Source: Oscillospiraceae bacterium (GTDB lineage: Bacteria; Bacillota; Clostridia; Oscillospirales; Ruminococcaceae). Taken from it: a stretch of DNA of 64,000 nucleotides. The translations under genes were made by a program, and so were the position numbers. The notes below the pieces were generated by a model. It worked only from the letters and a program-made list of their open reading frames with translations. It made no database searches and was not told the origin of the DNA. The first letter of the stretch is position 1, and every line of letters begins with the position of its first letter. The stretch is from assembly GCA_045531575.1 (NCBI GenBank), contig JAZSEG010000316.1, forward strand, positions 207-64,206. Direction: 5' to 3'. This document shows, piece after piece, positions 27,788 to 37,239 of this stretch.

Positions 27788-29107
27788 TTATTCACTGAGC
27801 ATGAACATATTGTAGATCACCTTGATAGCCTTCTCGAAATCGGCACTTTCAATACCTACAATGATATTAAGCTCACTGGAGCCCTGGTCGATCATTCTGA
27901 TGTTGATGTTTGCGTGAGAAAGCGCAGCAAACACTCTTGTTGCTACACCCTTAACAGAACGCATTCCACGACCTACTACTGCGATAAGCGCAAGACCGTC
28001 AACGATCTCGAAATGATCGGGCTTGATTACTTCCTTAAGACGCTGTGCCAGCTTTTCACGCTGACCTTCAAGCTCATCGGAATTAACGATAACACTGATC
28101 GTATCAATACCTGTAGGCATGTGCTCAGGGAAAATACCATGATTCTCAAGCACCTGAAGCAGTCTTCTCATAAATCCCTTATGGCTGTTCATTCTGTCCT
28201 TCTCAATAGAGATTACAGAGAAATTCTTCTTACCTGCAATACCTGTGATAACATGCTCAGCAGCAGGCTTTGTCTCAGAAGGAACAATCAATGTACCTGC
28301 ATCCTCAGGCGCATTGGTATTCTTGATATTGATCGGGATATTTGCACTTCTTACAGGGAAAACTGCATCCTCATGCAGAACGCTCGCACCCATGTAGGAA
28401 AGCTCACGCAGCTCACTATAAGTAATAGTCTTGATGCCTGCAGGATTCTCTACGATTCGGGGATCTGCCACCAGCATACCGCTTACATCAGTCCAGTTTT
28501 CATACATGGAAGCGCCGGCTGCCTTTGCAACAACTGAACCTGTAAAGTCAGAACCGCCACGGGAGAAGGTCTTGATAGTACCGTCAGGCATTGCACCATA
28601 GAAACCGGGGATAACAGCCTTTTCAGCCTTATCCAGCATAGCTCCGAGGCATGCGTTTGTGATGTCATCGTCAAACTTGCCCTTATTGTCGAAGAAGATA
28701 GCCTTAGCTGCATCGATGAATTTGAAGCCGAGATAATTTGCAAGAATGATACCATTCAGATACTCTCCACGGCTAGCAGCATACTCTCTGCCTGCAGCAG
28801 CCTTGAAATTAACGCCGATCTTCTCAAACTCCTCATCAAGATCAAGTGTCATACCGAGATCGGAAATAATGCCGTTAAAGCGCTCTTTTATAGGTGCAAA
28901 AGCCTTGGTGAAATCCTCACCGTTCTGCACTGCGTCATAGCAGGTATACAGCATATCTGTAACCTTGATATCATCGGAATATCTCTTACCGGGTGCAGAA
29001 GGCACAACATAGCAGCGCTCAGGATCTGCATGGATTATGTCAGCTACCTTGCGGAACTGGTTAGCATCAGCAAGGGAGCTTCCTCCGAACTTAACAACTT
29101 TACTCAT
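27788..29107 (-). CDS. Aspartate kinase
   Basis: KFGGSS, SRGE, FSRGGSD, WTDVSG and ELSYMGASVLH motifs with two C-terminal ACT domains; start at ATG 29107. Confidence 0.95.
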   Translation of the reverse strand: MSKVVKFGGSSLADANQFRKVADIIHADPERCYVVPSAPGKRYSDDIKVTDMLYTCYDAVQNGEDFTKAFAPIKERFNGIISDLGMTLDLDEEFEKIGVNFKAAAGREYAASRGEYLNGIILANYLGFKFIDAAKAIFFDNKGKFDDDITNACLGAMLDKAEKAVIPGFYGAMPDGTIKTFSRGGSDFTGSVVAKAAGASMYENWTDVSGMLVADPRIVENPAGIKTITYSELRELSYMGASVLHEDAVFPVRSANIPINIKNTNAPEDAGTLIVPSETKPAAEHVITGIAGKKNFSVISIEKDRMNSHKGFMRRLLQVLENHGIFPEHMPTGIDTISVIVNSDELEGQREKLAQRLKEVIKPDHFEIVDGLALIAVVGRGMRSVKGVATRVFAALSHANINIRMIDQGSSELNIIVGIESADFEKAIKVIYNMFMLSE

Positions 29108-29270
29108 AAAAATCTGTCCTTTCAGTTTGTTTATGTTATTTTTATTTATATATACAGATATATATGATATCATACCACAAAATCCCTGAAAATGCAATAG
29201 CAGCGCCGAAAAATTTCATTTCAAGAAAAAAGCACCGCACATATTGTGTGCGGTGCGGAAAATATATCTG

Positions 29271-31178
29271 TTACTGTGCCATATCTGCTTTTATCAGCTG
29301 CTGATAAACCTTTGCAATAGGCGCATAATCCTTGTTTATCTGGATAAGCTGTCTGAGTGCAGCTACGCATTCCTTGAAATTGCGCATTCCTCTGAGGATA
29401 TTGATCTGCTCCAGAGTAACTGCCGCCATAACATCCTGTGTGATATGGTTTTCACCATAAGTGTTGAGATACTTCATAGCAAGCTTTCCGACCTTCAGTG
29501 CCATTGGAATAATATCTTTTCCTGCTCCTGAAAGGATGACGATATCCTGCATATACAATCTTATCAGACACTGCAGACTTTCTTCATCCTGCTTGCCTTC
29601 GAGAGTATATTCAGATAAAACTTCCCCGAAACCAACGATATTGGAATGACCACCGATAAGATCTCTCTTAAGATCAGCGCTAGCCAGTACATAGGGAGTT
29701 ATATCCATATTGCTGCAAAGCATCATATACAGCAGTTCAGGATAGTTTGCTCCGTTTTCTTCAATGAAAGAGTCTGCCTTTTCCTGAGTAAGAGCCTTAT
29801 CAACGATATGAGTTTTCAGAAGCTCGACCAGATGCCTGCTGAGCTTATCACTGAGATTCATACCCACAAGCCTGTTCAGCATGCTACGCTGCTCGTCAAA
29901 ATTCCAAGTGAATACACGATATCTGATTGCAGCCAGGAACATCGGCTTATCTTTATCCTCAAGAGTATTATACATCAGGCCCAGAGCCTTGGCATCGGTA
30001 AACCTGAGGAAATCTATGATCTGATTCAGGCGCATGATATGATCCATATCAGAATAATCAAACTTCTTCAGCGGATACTTCTTGAAATTTGCTTCTGCGT
30101 CCTTATATCTCTTCAATCGCAAACATGTTTCCGCAAAATTCAGATTAGTGCTGAGATATACATTTTCATTATCAAAAACGCATGCTACATACAGGGATTC
30201 TCTTGTGCATATACCCTCTTTGGTGAATTTTTCCTTTAATGAATAGAATTTTTTAAACTCATCATATGCTTCTTTATATTTTTCCTCTCTGAACAAAAGC
30301 ATTGCTTTGAATGCATAAAATTCAGTATCGAGAGTTCGCTCCTTAACACGGATATCCATATCTACAGCGAAATATTCATCATAAAGCTTATATAATTCTT
30401 CGTGATTTTTTGTGCTGTACATATGAAGCGCCAGTGCATAATAAAGCGCCATAATATATTCGGTTTTCAGCTTTTTACACAGCTCTATTCCCTGATATGC
30501 GTACTCGATCGCCTGCGTTTTATCTTCAAGGAAATTATATGTATCATACAATTCCTTATAGAGTGTAGGGTCATTATCCTTAGCATCAGTCAACAGGCGC
30601 TCCTGCAACAACTTTGAATTTCTTTCAAATTTTTCGTTGAGTAATTCTTTATTATTAGTGAATGTATATCCATAATGATCCACAACATCTGTAAGCAGCC
30701 TTTTGGGATCAATAAACGGCTCCAGCTTTTCATGCACCACGCCGACAAATTTGGTTTCGGGAGCAATTTTTACAAGTCTGGGAATATAGCAATCAAAATA
30801 ATCTGCCCTGTTATTCAAATCGGCATAGCTTCTTATCTTGATAAAAGCCGAATTAAAACTCTTATATTCACCGGTAACAAAGAAATTAATTACATCCTCA
30901 CAGGACTGATATATCTCATCCGCATCAATGAACATATACCACTCGCCCTTGGCTGCTTTTAAGCTTACATTTCTTGCAGCAGAAAAGTCATTTATCCAAT
31001 CAAAATGCAGCACATTATCAGTGAATTCCTTTGCGATCTCCACTGTTTTATCAGTGGAGCCTGTATCTACAATAATAAGCTCGCTATTCACTGCATCACG
31101 CAGAGGCTGAATAGATTCGAGACATTTTCTGAGGTATTTTTCCTCATTCTTTACTATCATACCGATTGAAAGCAGCAT
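29271..31178 (-). CDS. GT2 glycosyltransferase with a helical/TPR C-terminus (probable flagellin glycosyltransferase)
   Basis: MIVKNEE, DTGSTD, DFSAARN, IDADE, VHE and HYGY motifs; immediately downstream of the flagellins. Confidence 0.85.
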   Translation of the reverse strand: MLLSIGMIVKNEEKYLRKCLESIQPLRDAVNSELIIVDTGSTDKTVEIAKEFTDNVLHFDWINDFSAARNVSLKAAKGEWYMFIDADEIYQSCEDVINFFVTGEYKSFNSAFIKIRSYADLNNRADYFDCYIPRLVKIAPETKFVGVVHEKLEPFIDPKRLLTDVVDHYGYTFTNNKELLNEKFERNSKLLQERLLTDAKDNDPTLYKELYDTYNFLEDKTQAIEYAYQGIELCKKLKTEYIMALYYALALHMYSTKNHEELYKLYDEYFAVDMDIRVKERTLDTEFYAFKAMLLFREEKYKEAYDEFKKFYSLKEKFTKEGICTRESLYVACVFDNENVYLSTNLNFAETCLRLKRYKDAEANFKKYPLKKFDYSDMDHIMRLNQIIDFLRFTDAKALGLMYNTLEDKDKPMFLAAIRYRVFTWNFDEQRSMLNRLVGMNLSDKLSRHLVELLKTHIVDKALTQEKADSFIEENGANYPELLYMMLCSNMDITPYVLASADLKRDLIGGHSNIVGFGEVLSEYTLEGKQDEESLQCLIRLYMQDIVILSGAGKDIIPMALKVGKLAMKYLNTYGENHITQDVMAAVTLEQINILRGMRNFKECVAALRQLIQINKDYAPIAKVYQQLIKADMAQ

Positions 31179-31264
31179 ACTGATCTTCCTTCCCGATTAT
31201 TATTTATATATCTATTTTACCATAAAACTCACACAGATACAATATCCGGATAAATATTTTATAT

Positions 31265-31295
31265 AAAAAAACTCCCCCGAATCACTTCGGGGGAG
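31265..31295 (-). terminator. Terminator after flagellin 1
   Basis: CTCCCCCGAA...TTCGGGGGAG followed by a T tract on the minus strand. Confidence 0.75.
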
Positions 31296-31358
31296 CCTCG
31301 TTAGCTAGTTAGCTAGTCAGCTATCATGCTGCCTTGCCATTCTTAAGCTGCGCGGTTA

Positions 31359-32360
31359 TTAGCCGAGGAGCTGCAGGATGGACTGGGGCTGCTGATTTGC
31401 CTGAGCGAGCATAGACTGAGCAGCCTGCTGAAGGATGTTGTACTTGGTGTAGTTCATCATCTCAGAAGCCATGTCTGTGTCACGGATTGTGGACTCAGCT
31501 TCAGTCATGTTCTCAGCTGTTGTTGTCAGGTTCTCGATCTTGTGCTCGAGACGGTTCTGGATGGAACCGAATGTAGCTCTAACCATGGAAACCTTGTTGA
31601 TAGCGTAGTCGATCTGGTCGATAGCTGCGTTAGCAGAAGCCTGTGTAGAGAGGCTCAGACCAGCAGTGCTCAGACCATCTGCACGAGAGGATACGTTCAT
31701 GTTAGCGGACAGAGCGCCGATACCCTTTGCAGAGTAAGCGAATGTGAAGTTAACTGCATCCTTGGAACGTGCGCCTACCTGCAGAACGATGCTGTCAGTG
31801 TAGGTCAGATCTGCACCAGCTGCGCTGTATGCGTTACCAACAGAAACCTGTGTTGTGGAAGTAGCGGGATCTGTTGTAGCTGCTGCTGTGTAATCGAACA
31901 GATTATCAGCCTGTACCTTGCCATCAGCCATCTCGCCGCCGTTCAGAGCAGTAACGCCGTTGAAGTCTGTGTCAGCGATCTGGTTCAGCTCATCGTTCAG
32001 CTGATCGAACTCGAGCTGGATAGCAGCGCGGTCTGTAGCGTCATCATATGTGCCGTTAGCGGACTCAGCTGCGAGCTCCTTCATTCTCTGAAGGATAGAG
32101 TGTGTCTCAGTCAGAGCGCCCTCATAAGTCTGGATCATGGAGATACCATCCTGAGAGTTTCTCTTAGCCTGGTTCAGACCACGGATCTGGGATCTCATCT
32201 TCTCAGAGATTGCGAGACCAGCTGCGTCGTCACCTGCACGGTTGATTCTGAAACCGGAAGAGAGCTTCTCAGAAGACTTCTTCATAGAGTTAACGTTGAA
32301 GTTAAGTCTGTTGTAAGAGTTGAGCGCGTTCATGTTATGCTGTACTACCATGCCTGCCAT
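31359..32360 (-). CDS. fliC: Flagellin (probably the major one)
   Basis: LSSGFRINRAGDDAAGLAISEKMR, QNRLEH and IRDTDMA...LAQANQ motifs; highly biased codons; start at ATG 32360. Confidence 0.97.
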   Translation of the reverse strand: MAGMVVQHNMNALNSYNRLNFNVNSMKKSSEKLSSGFRINRAGDDAAGLAISEKMRSQIRGLNQAKRNSQDGISMIQTYEGALTETHSILQRMKELAAESANGTYDDATDRAAIQLEFDQLNDELNQIADTDFNGVTALNGGEMADGKVQADNLFDYTAAATTDPATSTTQVSVGNAYSAAGADLTYTDSIVLQVGARSKDAVNFTFAYSAKGIGALSANMNVSSRADGLSTAGLSLSTQASANAAIDQIDYAINKVSMVRATFGSIQNRLEHKIENLTTTAENMTEAESTIRDTDMASEMMNYTKYNILQQAAQSMLAQANQQPQSILQLLG

Positions 32361-32430
32361 AAAAATTTCCTCCTTGAAATTCACGTCCCTGTTAACTTAT
32401 TCAGGAAATCCGTTCCTGTGGGGACGTATG
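32361..32430 (-). promoter_or_regulatory. Putative CsrA-binding leader of flagellin 1
   Basis: CAGGAA-CGGAU-UUCCUG hairpin with GGA in the loop, plus AAGGAGG at the SD. Confidence 0.55.
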
Positions 32431-32505
32431 GTTGAAAGTAATAATGTTGTTCTCTTATGTACACTTGGAGAACCGGTTTTTAGCTTTTCAGCTATCACGT
32501 ATATT

Positions 32506-32532
32506 ATATCGGTGGATTTTTTCAAAACTTTA
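32506..32532 (-). promoter_or_regulatory. sigma28 (SigD/FliA) promoter of flagellin 1
   Basis: TAAA-N15-ACCGATAT. Confidence 0.85.
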
Positions 32533-32593
32533 GCGTTTTTTTAAAAATTTTTTAAAATTTTTTTATTTTTTTGGAAATAGCTCCAATAAGCAT

Positions 32594-32626
32594 AAAAATC
32601 CCCTCTCCGTGATGCGGAAAGGGGAT
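32594..32626 (-). terminator. Terminator after flagellin 2
   Basis: ATCCCCT.TCCG...CGGA.AGGGGAT followed by a T tract on the minus strand. Confidence 0.65.
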
Positions 32627-32640
32627 AAGGGGCTTTGATA

Positions 32641-33696
32641 TCATCCAAGCAGCTGCAGGATGGACTGAGGCTGCTGGTTTGCCTGAGCGAGCATGGACTG
32701 TGCAGCCTGCTGCAGGATATTGTATTTGGTGTAATCCATCATTGTGGACGCCATATCTGTATCACGGATGGTGGATTCTGCCTCTGTCATATTCTCAGCT
32801 GTAGCGGTCAGATTTTCGATCTTATGCTCAAGTCTGTTCTGGATAGCACCGAAGGTGGCTCTTACCATAGAAACCTTATTTACAGCGCAATCGATCCTAT
32901 CTATTGCAACATTCGCAGTCGCCTGAGTGGAAAGATCCAGACCCTCTGATACAACAGTAGTACCGGTCATTACGCCGTTTTTATCATATGTCTTTTCAGT
33001 AAGAGCGCCAAGACCGAGACCTGCTGCAGATACATCCATATTTGCCTTCAGATCACCCATACCTGTAGATGTATAAGCAAAAGTAAAGTTTACCGCATCC
33101 TTGGAGCGTGCGCCTACCTGCAGAGTGATAGTCTCACAATATGTAAGATCAGCTGCTGCAGACTGATATGCATTGGATACCGAAACATTGGTGCCGCCTG
33201 TGAGTATGGGCTTTGCAGATGCTGTATAATCAAACAGATGATCTGTATGTTCTGTGCTGTCGGCCATCTTTCCGCCGTTCAGTGCTATAACACCGTTAAA
33301 GTCTGTATCAGAGATCTGATCCAGCTCATCACATAACTGGTTGAATTCAAGCTGGATAGCAGCACGGTCTGTGGCGTCATCGTATGTGCCGTTAGCGGAC
33401 TCAGCTGCGAGCTCCTTCATTCTATCAAGAATTGAATGAGTTTCGTTAAGCGCACCCTCAAAGGTCTGGATCATGGAGATACCATCCTGAGAGTTTCTCT
33501 TAGCCTGGTTCAGACCACGGATCTGGGATCTCATCTTCTCAGAGATTGCAAGACCTGCAGCGTCGTCACCTGCACGATTTATTCTCAAGCCGGAAGAGAG
33601 CTTCTCAGAAGCTTCCTTCATGCTTGCAACGTTAAAGTTTAATCTGTTATATGAATTGAGAGCATTCATGTTATGCTGTACTACCATTCCTGACAT
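32641..33696 (-). CDS. fliC: Flagellin (second paralog)
   Basis: Same conserved N- and C-terminal flagellin motifs as flagellin 1. Confidence 0.96.
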   Translation of the reverse strand: MSGMVVQHNMNALNSYNRLNFNVASMKEASEKLSSGLRINRAGDDAAGLAISEKMRSQIRGLNQAKRNSQDGISMIQTFEGALNETHSILDRMKELAAESANGTYDDATDRAAIQLEFNQLCDELDQISDTDFNGVIALNGGKMADSTEHTDHLFDYTASAKPILTGGTNVSVSNAYQSAAADLTYCETITLQVGARSKDAVNFTFAYTSTGMGDLKANMDVSAAGLGLGALTEKTYDKNGVMTGTTVVSEGLDLSTQATANVAIDRIDCAVNKVSMVRATFGAIQNRLEHKIENLTATAENMTEAESTIRDTDMASTMMDYTKYNILQQAAQSMLAQANQQPQSILQLLG

Positions 33697-33776
33697 GACT
33701 GTTCCTCCTTATCGAAAGCTCCGAATAGTATTTTTCTGCTTCAGAGCATAGTGCTTCTTAATATACTCCATATATA

Positions 33777-33803
33777 ATATCGCTCATTTTCCGATAAACT
33801 TTA
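33777..33803 (-). promoter_or_regulatory. sigma28 promoter of flagellin 2
   Basis: TAAA-N15-AGCGATAT. Confidence 0.75.
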
Positions 33804-33853
33804 GCTTTTTCTAAAAAAAATACAACATTTAATGCAAGTTTCTCTTTGTATAC

Positions 33854-34831
33854 TTATTTTAATATATAAGACACAAAATCAATATTCATCAATTTATTAT
33901 CTGAAAGATATCCCGCTATCCTCTCTGCTATTGTGCTATCGGAATACAGTACCCCTGCAATATCTGAGACTGTGCATATCAGTTCTTCCTTTGATGATGC
34001 AAGTGTAATTGCTCCCATATACGCTTTTATCACTGCCGCTGCACTGAATATAAATACAAATATATTTTCAGCAGCAGAGATCATCTCCGACCATCCGATG
34101 ATGCGCCATTCCATAAAAAGAGATTTTACGATATTCCGAACCGCTGACGAGCATATATTATCAAATTTATCCTCGCATTCTTTTTCGGTGTCATCCGATA
34201 ATATCAGCTTCCAGCCGAAAATATCCTCAAAAACATCGTTCAGTTCTGCAACTGCTCCATTTTTAGCGATACCTGCAGCTTCTGCAAATTTGAGCATGGC
34301 ATCTTTGAGTGTGATGCCATCGTCCCATAATATCGTTTCAAGCGTTTCCGTTATGCTGCGTGATCGTATACTATTTTCCGACGTAATTATTGCTGATATA
34401 CTATTTTCAGTTGCTTTTTCTTTTATCAGCTGCATGCTGTCTTCATCTCTTAACAGTCTTTCTGCCACAGCATAGCATGTGGTCTTGCAGCTTTTTATAA
34501 ATTCGTTTCCTGTCAGACGAGTAATTACAGGATACTGGCGGCAGGTATATGAAAGATATTCCTGCCCCAGCTGACGATGTATCTCGCATAATCCATCCGA
34601 TAAAAACGGGCAAAGATCTTCCTCATTCATTTTTACTGCACTATATTTATCTGCAACCGGAAATGCTTTTTCACATCTTTCATACAGTTCCCCTTGGCAG
34701 ACCATTTTCAGTTTCTCTATCTCTTCGGCAGTCCATATTACCGACCAGCCCGAGCAGCAGGTCGCCGGACATTTATCAGCAATGCAGCTGAATTCTTTTG
34801 CTGTTATGCTCTGCTTTATATAGTAATCCAT
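33854..34831 (-). CDS. fliB: Flagellin lysine-N-methylase (FliB family)
   Basis: FSCIADKCPATCCSGW, CPFL..GLCEIH..LG and TCRQYP Cys cluster; adjacent to the flagellins; start at ATG 34831 (GAGGTG RBS). Confidence 0.8.
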   Translation of the reverse strand: MDYYIKQSITAKEFSCIADKCPATCCSGWSVIWTAEEIEKLKMVCQGELYERCEKAFPVADKYSAVKMNEEDLCPFLSDGLCEIHRQLGQEYLSYTCRQYPVITRLTGNEFIKSCKTTCYAVAERLLRDEDSMQLIKEKATENSISAIITSENSIRSRSITETLETILWDDGITLKDAMLKFAEAAGIAKNGAVAELNDVFEDIFGWKLILSDDTEKECEDKFDNICSSAVRNIVKSLFMEWRIIGWSEMISAAENIFVFIFSAAAVIKAYMGAITLASSKEELICTVSDIAGVLYSDSTIAERIAGYLSDNKLMNIDFVSYILK

Positions 34832-34877
34832 ATCCACCTCAAAAAAGGCGGTCATAGCATTGTATGACCGCCGCATT

Positions 34878-35465
34878 TTATTTTTCCGATCCCTCCAAGA
34901 AATAAGAAGCCTCCATATCAGCAACCGAAAGTGCAAATGCTAATGGATACATCTCCAGAGCCTTTCCCACTGAATTTTTATCTTCATTGCCCGAAAAACC
35001 CATGTGCCAGCGTATCGCCATAGCTTCTTCGCGGGTAAGACGCATAAATCCGCTTACCATATATACGGATTTTTCACCATGACCATACGGAAGTGTATCA
35101 TGTATTTCATAATAAGGTACCTTTTCCCACTGACCTGTCTTTTCATTCTTGGCATTGCGGTAGCTTACCCTATAGAAATTCACTTTGCAGATATCATGAA
35201 GAAGAGCTGTTATTGCAATGGTCTCAGCACTTGCGGTAAGACCGTAATTCTCCTTCACCCTCTGTCGTTCCATATATGCGCACATGCACTCATACACATT
35301 CAGCGAGTGACGAAGAAGTCCGCCTTCAAATGCATTATGATATCTGGTGCTTGCGGGAGCAGTGAAAAAATCACTCTTGTTCTCAAGAAAATCAAGCAGC
35401 TTATCAGCACCCTCACGCTTGATGTTATCGTTATAAATCTGAATGAATAATTCCTTATCTGTCAT
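34878..35465 (-). CDS. HD-domain phosphohydrolase
   Basis: FFTAPAS..YH...GGL..HS.NV, LLHDICK, GHGEKS and AIRWHMG motifs. Confidence 0.88.
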   Translation of the reverse strand: MTDKELFIQIYNDNIKREGADKLLDFLENKSDFFTAPASTRYHNAFEGGLLRHSLNVYECMCAYMERQRVKENYGLTASAETIAITALLHDICKVNFYRVSYRNAKNEKTGQWEKVPYYEIHDTLPYGHGEKSVYMVSGFMRLTREEAMAIRWHMGFSGNEDKNSVGKALEMYPLAFALSVADMEASYFLEGSEK

Positions 35466-35470
35466 ATCTG

Positions 35471-36292
35471 TCACCAATAATAAATCCTCTTTCTGTTAAG
35501 ACATCTGTCTTCTACATCAAACGTATATTCATATTTTAATATAGTGTAGTTTCCTTCACTTACTGAAGCTACAATATACTGATCCATTACACCAGCATCT
35601 ATCATATCGATATGCGTTCCATACGGTGCAGTTTCAACACCGCCATCATATACTGCCAACTCTGCCAGCTTTCCGTCGAATATTGCAAAAAATCTGGCAT
35701 ATTGCGGTGTTTCCACTTCATTTATTATATGAAAATCAAGCTGGATCAGATCAGGATACTCATCGACCTTAAATTCCCGCTTATTTGAGATGAGTTCGCA
35801 GCCATAAGAAAGATTATCCTTAACACTTTCCATAATTAGAAATCTGTCATCCCTAGGAACATTTATCTTATAGGAATCCAGTATTTCTCCTCCGCTCATG
35901 AGATCCAGACGAAAATCTCCGTATAGCTCTCCTTTTACATAGGTAGTCTCCATATCCGCTTCAGCTGTGCTGTCTAACCTTACACCTGAAATGTCTACAG
36001 TGTAATACACGCCTTCAGAATACACATTCATTATCGTATAAGATAATCTGTCTCCCTCTACTTTCGGGGACTGTAATGCTGCAGGGATAAGCTCATCAGG
36101 CTCAATATAAGCATCCATAGCGGTAGTAGTTGTGGCAGAAGTAGTCGTAGATGTGACAGATGTAGAAACTGTAGTAGTTTCAGTTGTGGAAGCAGATGTA
36201 GCTTCAAACGTACCCGATGACTGAGACTGTTCCTCGAGATTACATCCGCTTAACATCAGTACGGCACATACTATAGCCATTCTCTTTTTCAT
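35471..36292 (-). CDS. Putative lipoprotein with a Ser/Thr-rich linker
   Basis: MKKRMAIVCAVLMLSGC lipobox followed by a T/S-rich tract; GGAGGTG RBS. Confidence 0.75.
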   Translation of the reverse strand: MKKRMAIVCAVLMLSGCNLEEQSQSSGTFEATSASTTETTTVSTSVTSTTTSATTTTAMDAYIEPDELIPAALQSPKVEGDRLSYTIMNVYSEGVYYTVDISGVRLDSTAEADMETTYVKGELYGDFRLDLMSGGEILDSYKINVPRDDRFLIMESVKDNLSYGCELISNKREFKVDEYPDLIQLDFHIINEVETPQYARFFAIFDGKLAELAVYDGGVETAPYGTHIDMIDAGVMDQYIVASVSEGNYTILKYEYTFDVEDRCLNRKRIYYW

Positions 36293-36399
36293 TGAACTCA
36301 CCTCCGTATTACTAACTTATTTATATTATATAGAATATCTTATTAAAAATCAAGCACATTCCGACACATTTATCGTATTCATATCTGTAATTAAAATTT

Positions 36400-36930
36400 G
36401 ATTTTCCTTTTAACATTCAACCTCATTTTGTTGATAAAAATTTTTTCAATATAATTCTAACTGTTTTTCAACTCGTTTTTTCTTTGTTTCAACAAAATAT
36501 CCATTCCGTATAAAACAGCGGAATTTTAACATTTTCAACTGTGTTTTCAACCAAAAACCTTAGTTTTCCATGTTTCAACGTGGAAAAATGCTGTTTAATC
36601 AAGGTTGAATCGGGGGTGTTGATTAAACTTTCAACTTATAAAATAATAATTATTATCGATTTTGATGATTTACGGTATTTTAATTCAAAATCCGATTTTT
36701 AAACAAACTGTATAATTATGAGTTTTACAGATATTTTAACGTTTATTTTAACATGCTTCAATTGTTTTACGTTGAAACACTATTTTGGATTTGTTCACTG
36801 AAATAACGGAATTTTAACATTTTCAACCGAGTTTTTAACATAAACATGCCGTTTTTAACTGTTTATACGCTAAGTTTTACTGTTTTTTATGTCGAATTGT
36901 TGAAAACGTGTTGAAATTGTGTATAAATTC
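36400..36930. other. oriC, upstream DnaA-box cluster
   Basis: AT-rich non-coding region upstream of dnaA with more than a dozen DnaA-box-like 9-mers (e.g. TGTTGATAA 36429, TTTTCAACT 36465 and 36532, TGTTGAAAA 36898, TGTGTATAA 36918). Predominant gene orientation flips here. Confidence 0.85.
36519..36827 (+). repeat. Exact 21-bp direct repeat in oriC
   Basis: CGGAATTTTAACATTTTCAAC at 36519-36539 and 36807-36827. Confidence 0.9.
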
Positions 36931-36978
36931 ATAAATGAGAACTATAATGATGTTAAATATTAATTTGAAGGTGATGAA

Positions 36979-37239
36979 ATGATAAAAGGCGTAACAAAGA
37001 ATATAATCGAGATCAATCCAAGAAATCACGATTATTTTGAAAAACTAATTATAATTCTGAAAAATGCTCCGGAAATACCTGATGAAGAAGATCTTCTAAA
37101 AAACGCATTTCTGATGATAGGACAGACTCCTCCTTCTATAATTAATAAGCATACGGATATCATAAAAATGTCATTATGTATTCTGAGCGGAGCTTTAATT
37201 TCACTGCTGTGCTGTATTGCAATCCGACTATTTGTTTAA
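36979..37239 (+). CDS. Small hypothetical protein with a C-terminal TM helix
   Basis: MIKGVTKNIIEIN...YFEKLIIILK; hydrophobic C-terminus; AAGGTG RBS. Confidence 0.7.
   Translation: MIKGVTKNIIEINPRNHDYFEKLIIILKNAPEIPDEEDLLKNAFLMIGQTPPSIINKHTDIIKMSLCILSGALISLLCCIAIRLFV

Noticed and set aside
29108-29270. Lysine riboswitch upstream of the aspartate kinase
   Set aside because: The promoter (TTGCAT-N17-TATGAT) leaves only a short AT-rich leader, too small for an L-box.
31301-31323. TTAGCTAG-like triple repeat in the flagellin 3' UTR
   Set aside because: Too short (three imperfect 8-mers) to support any function.
32515-32585. Possible invertible flagellar phase-variation switch in the AT-rich palindromic tract between the flagellins
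   Set aside because: Only low-complexity A/T runs upstream of the sigma28 promoter (UP-element-like). No specific inverted-repeat pair and no recombinase in the window.
25645-34936. Extended N-termini in the ORF track (thyA to 26760, FliB to 34936, aspartate kinase to 29197; likewise 12908, 49344, 51857, 60075)
   Set aside because: The extensions overlap neighbouring genes or promoters, and internal starts with a clear RBS fit the families better.
34878-35465. HD hydrolase as a prophage or defence marker
   Set aside because: No integrase, structural phage genes, cas genes or att-like repeats nearby; it appears to be in an operon with a lipoprotein.
36571-36779. parS-like sequences TGTTTCAACGTGGAAAA (36571) and TGTTTTACGTTGAAACA (36763)
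   Set aside because: They are 17 bp, with an extra base breaking the 16-bp parS symmetry, and are better explained as overlapping head-to-head DnaA-type boxes.
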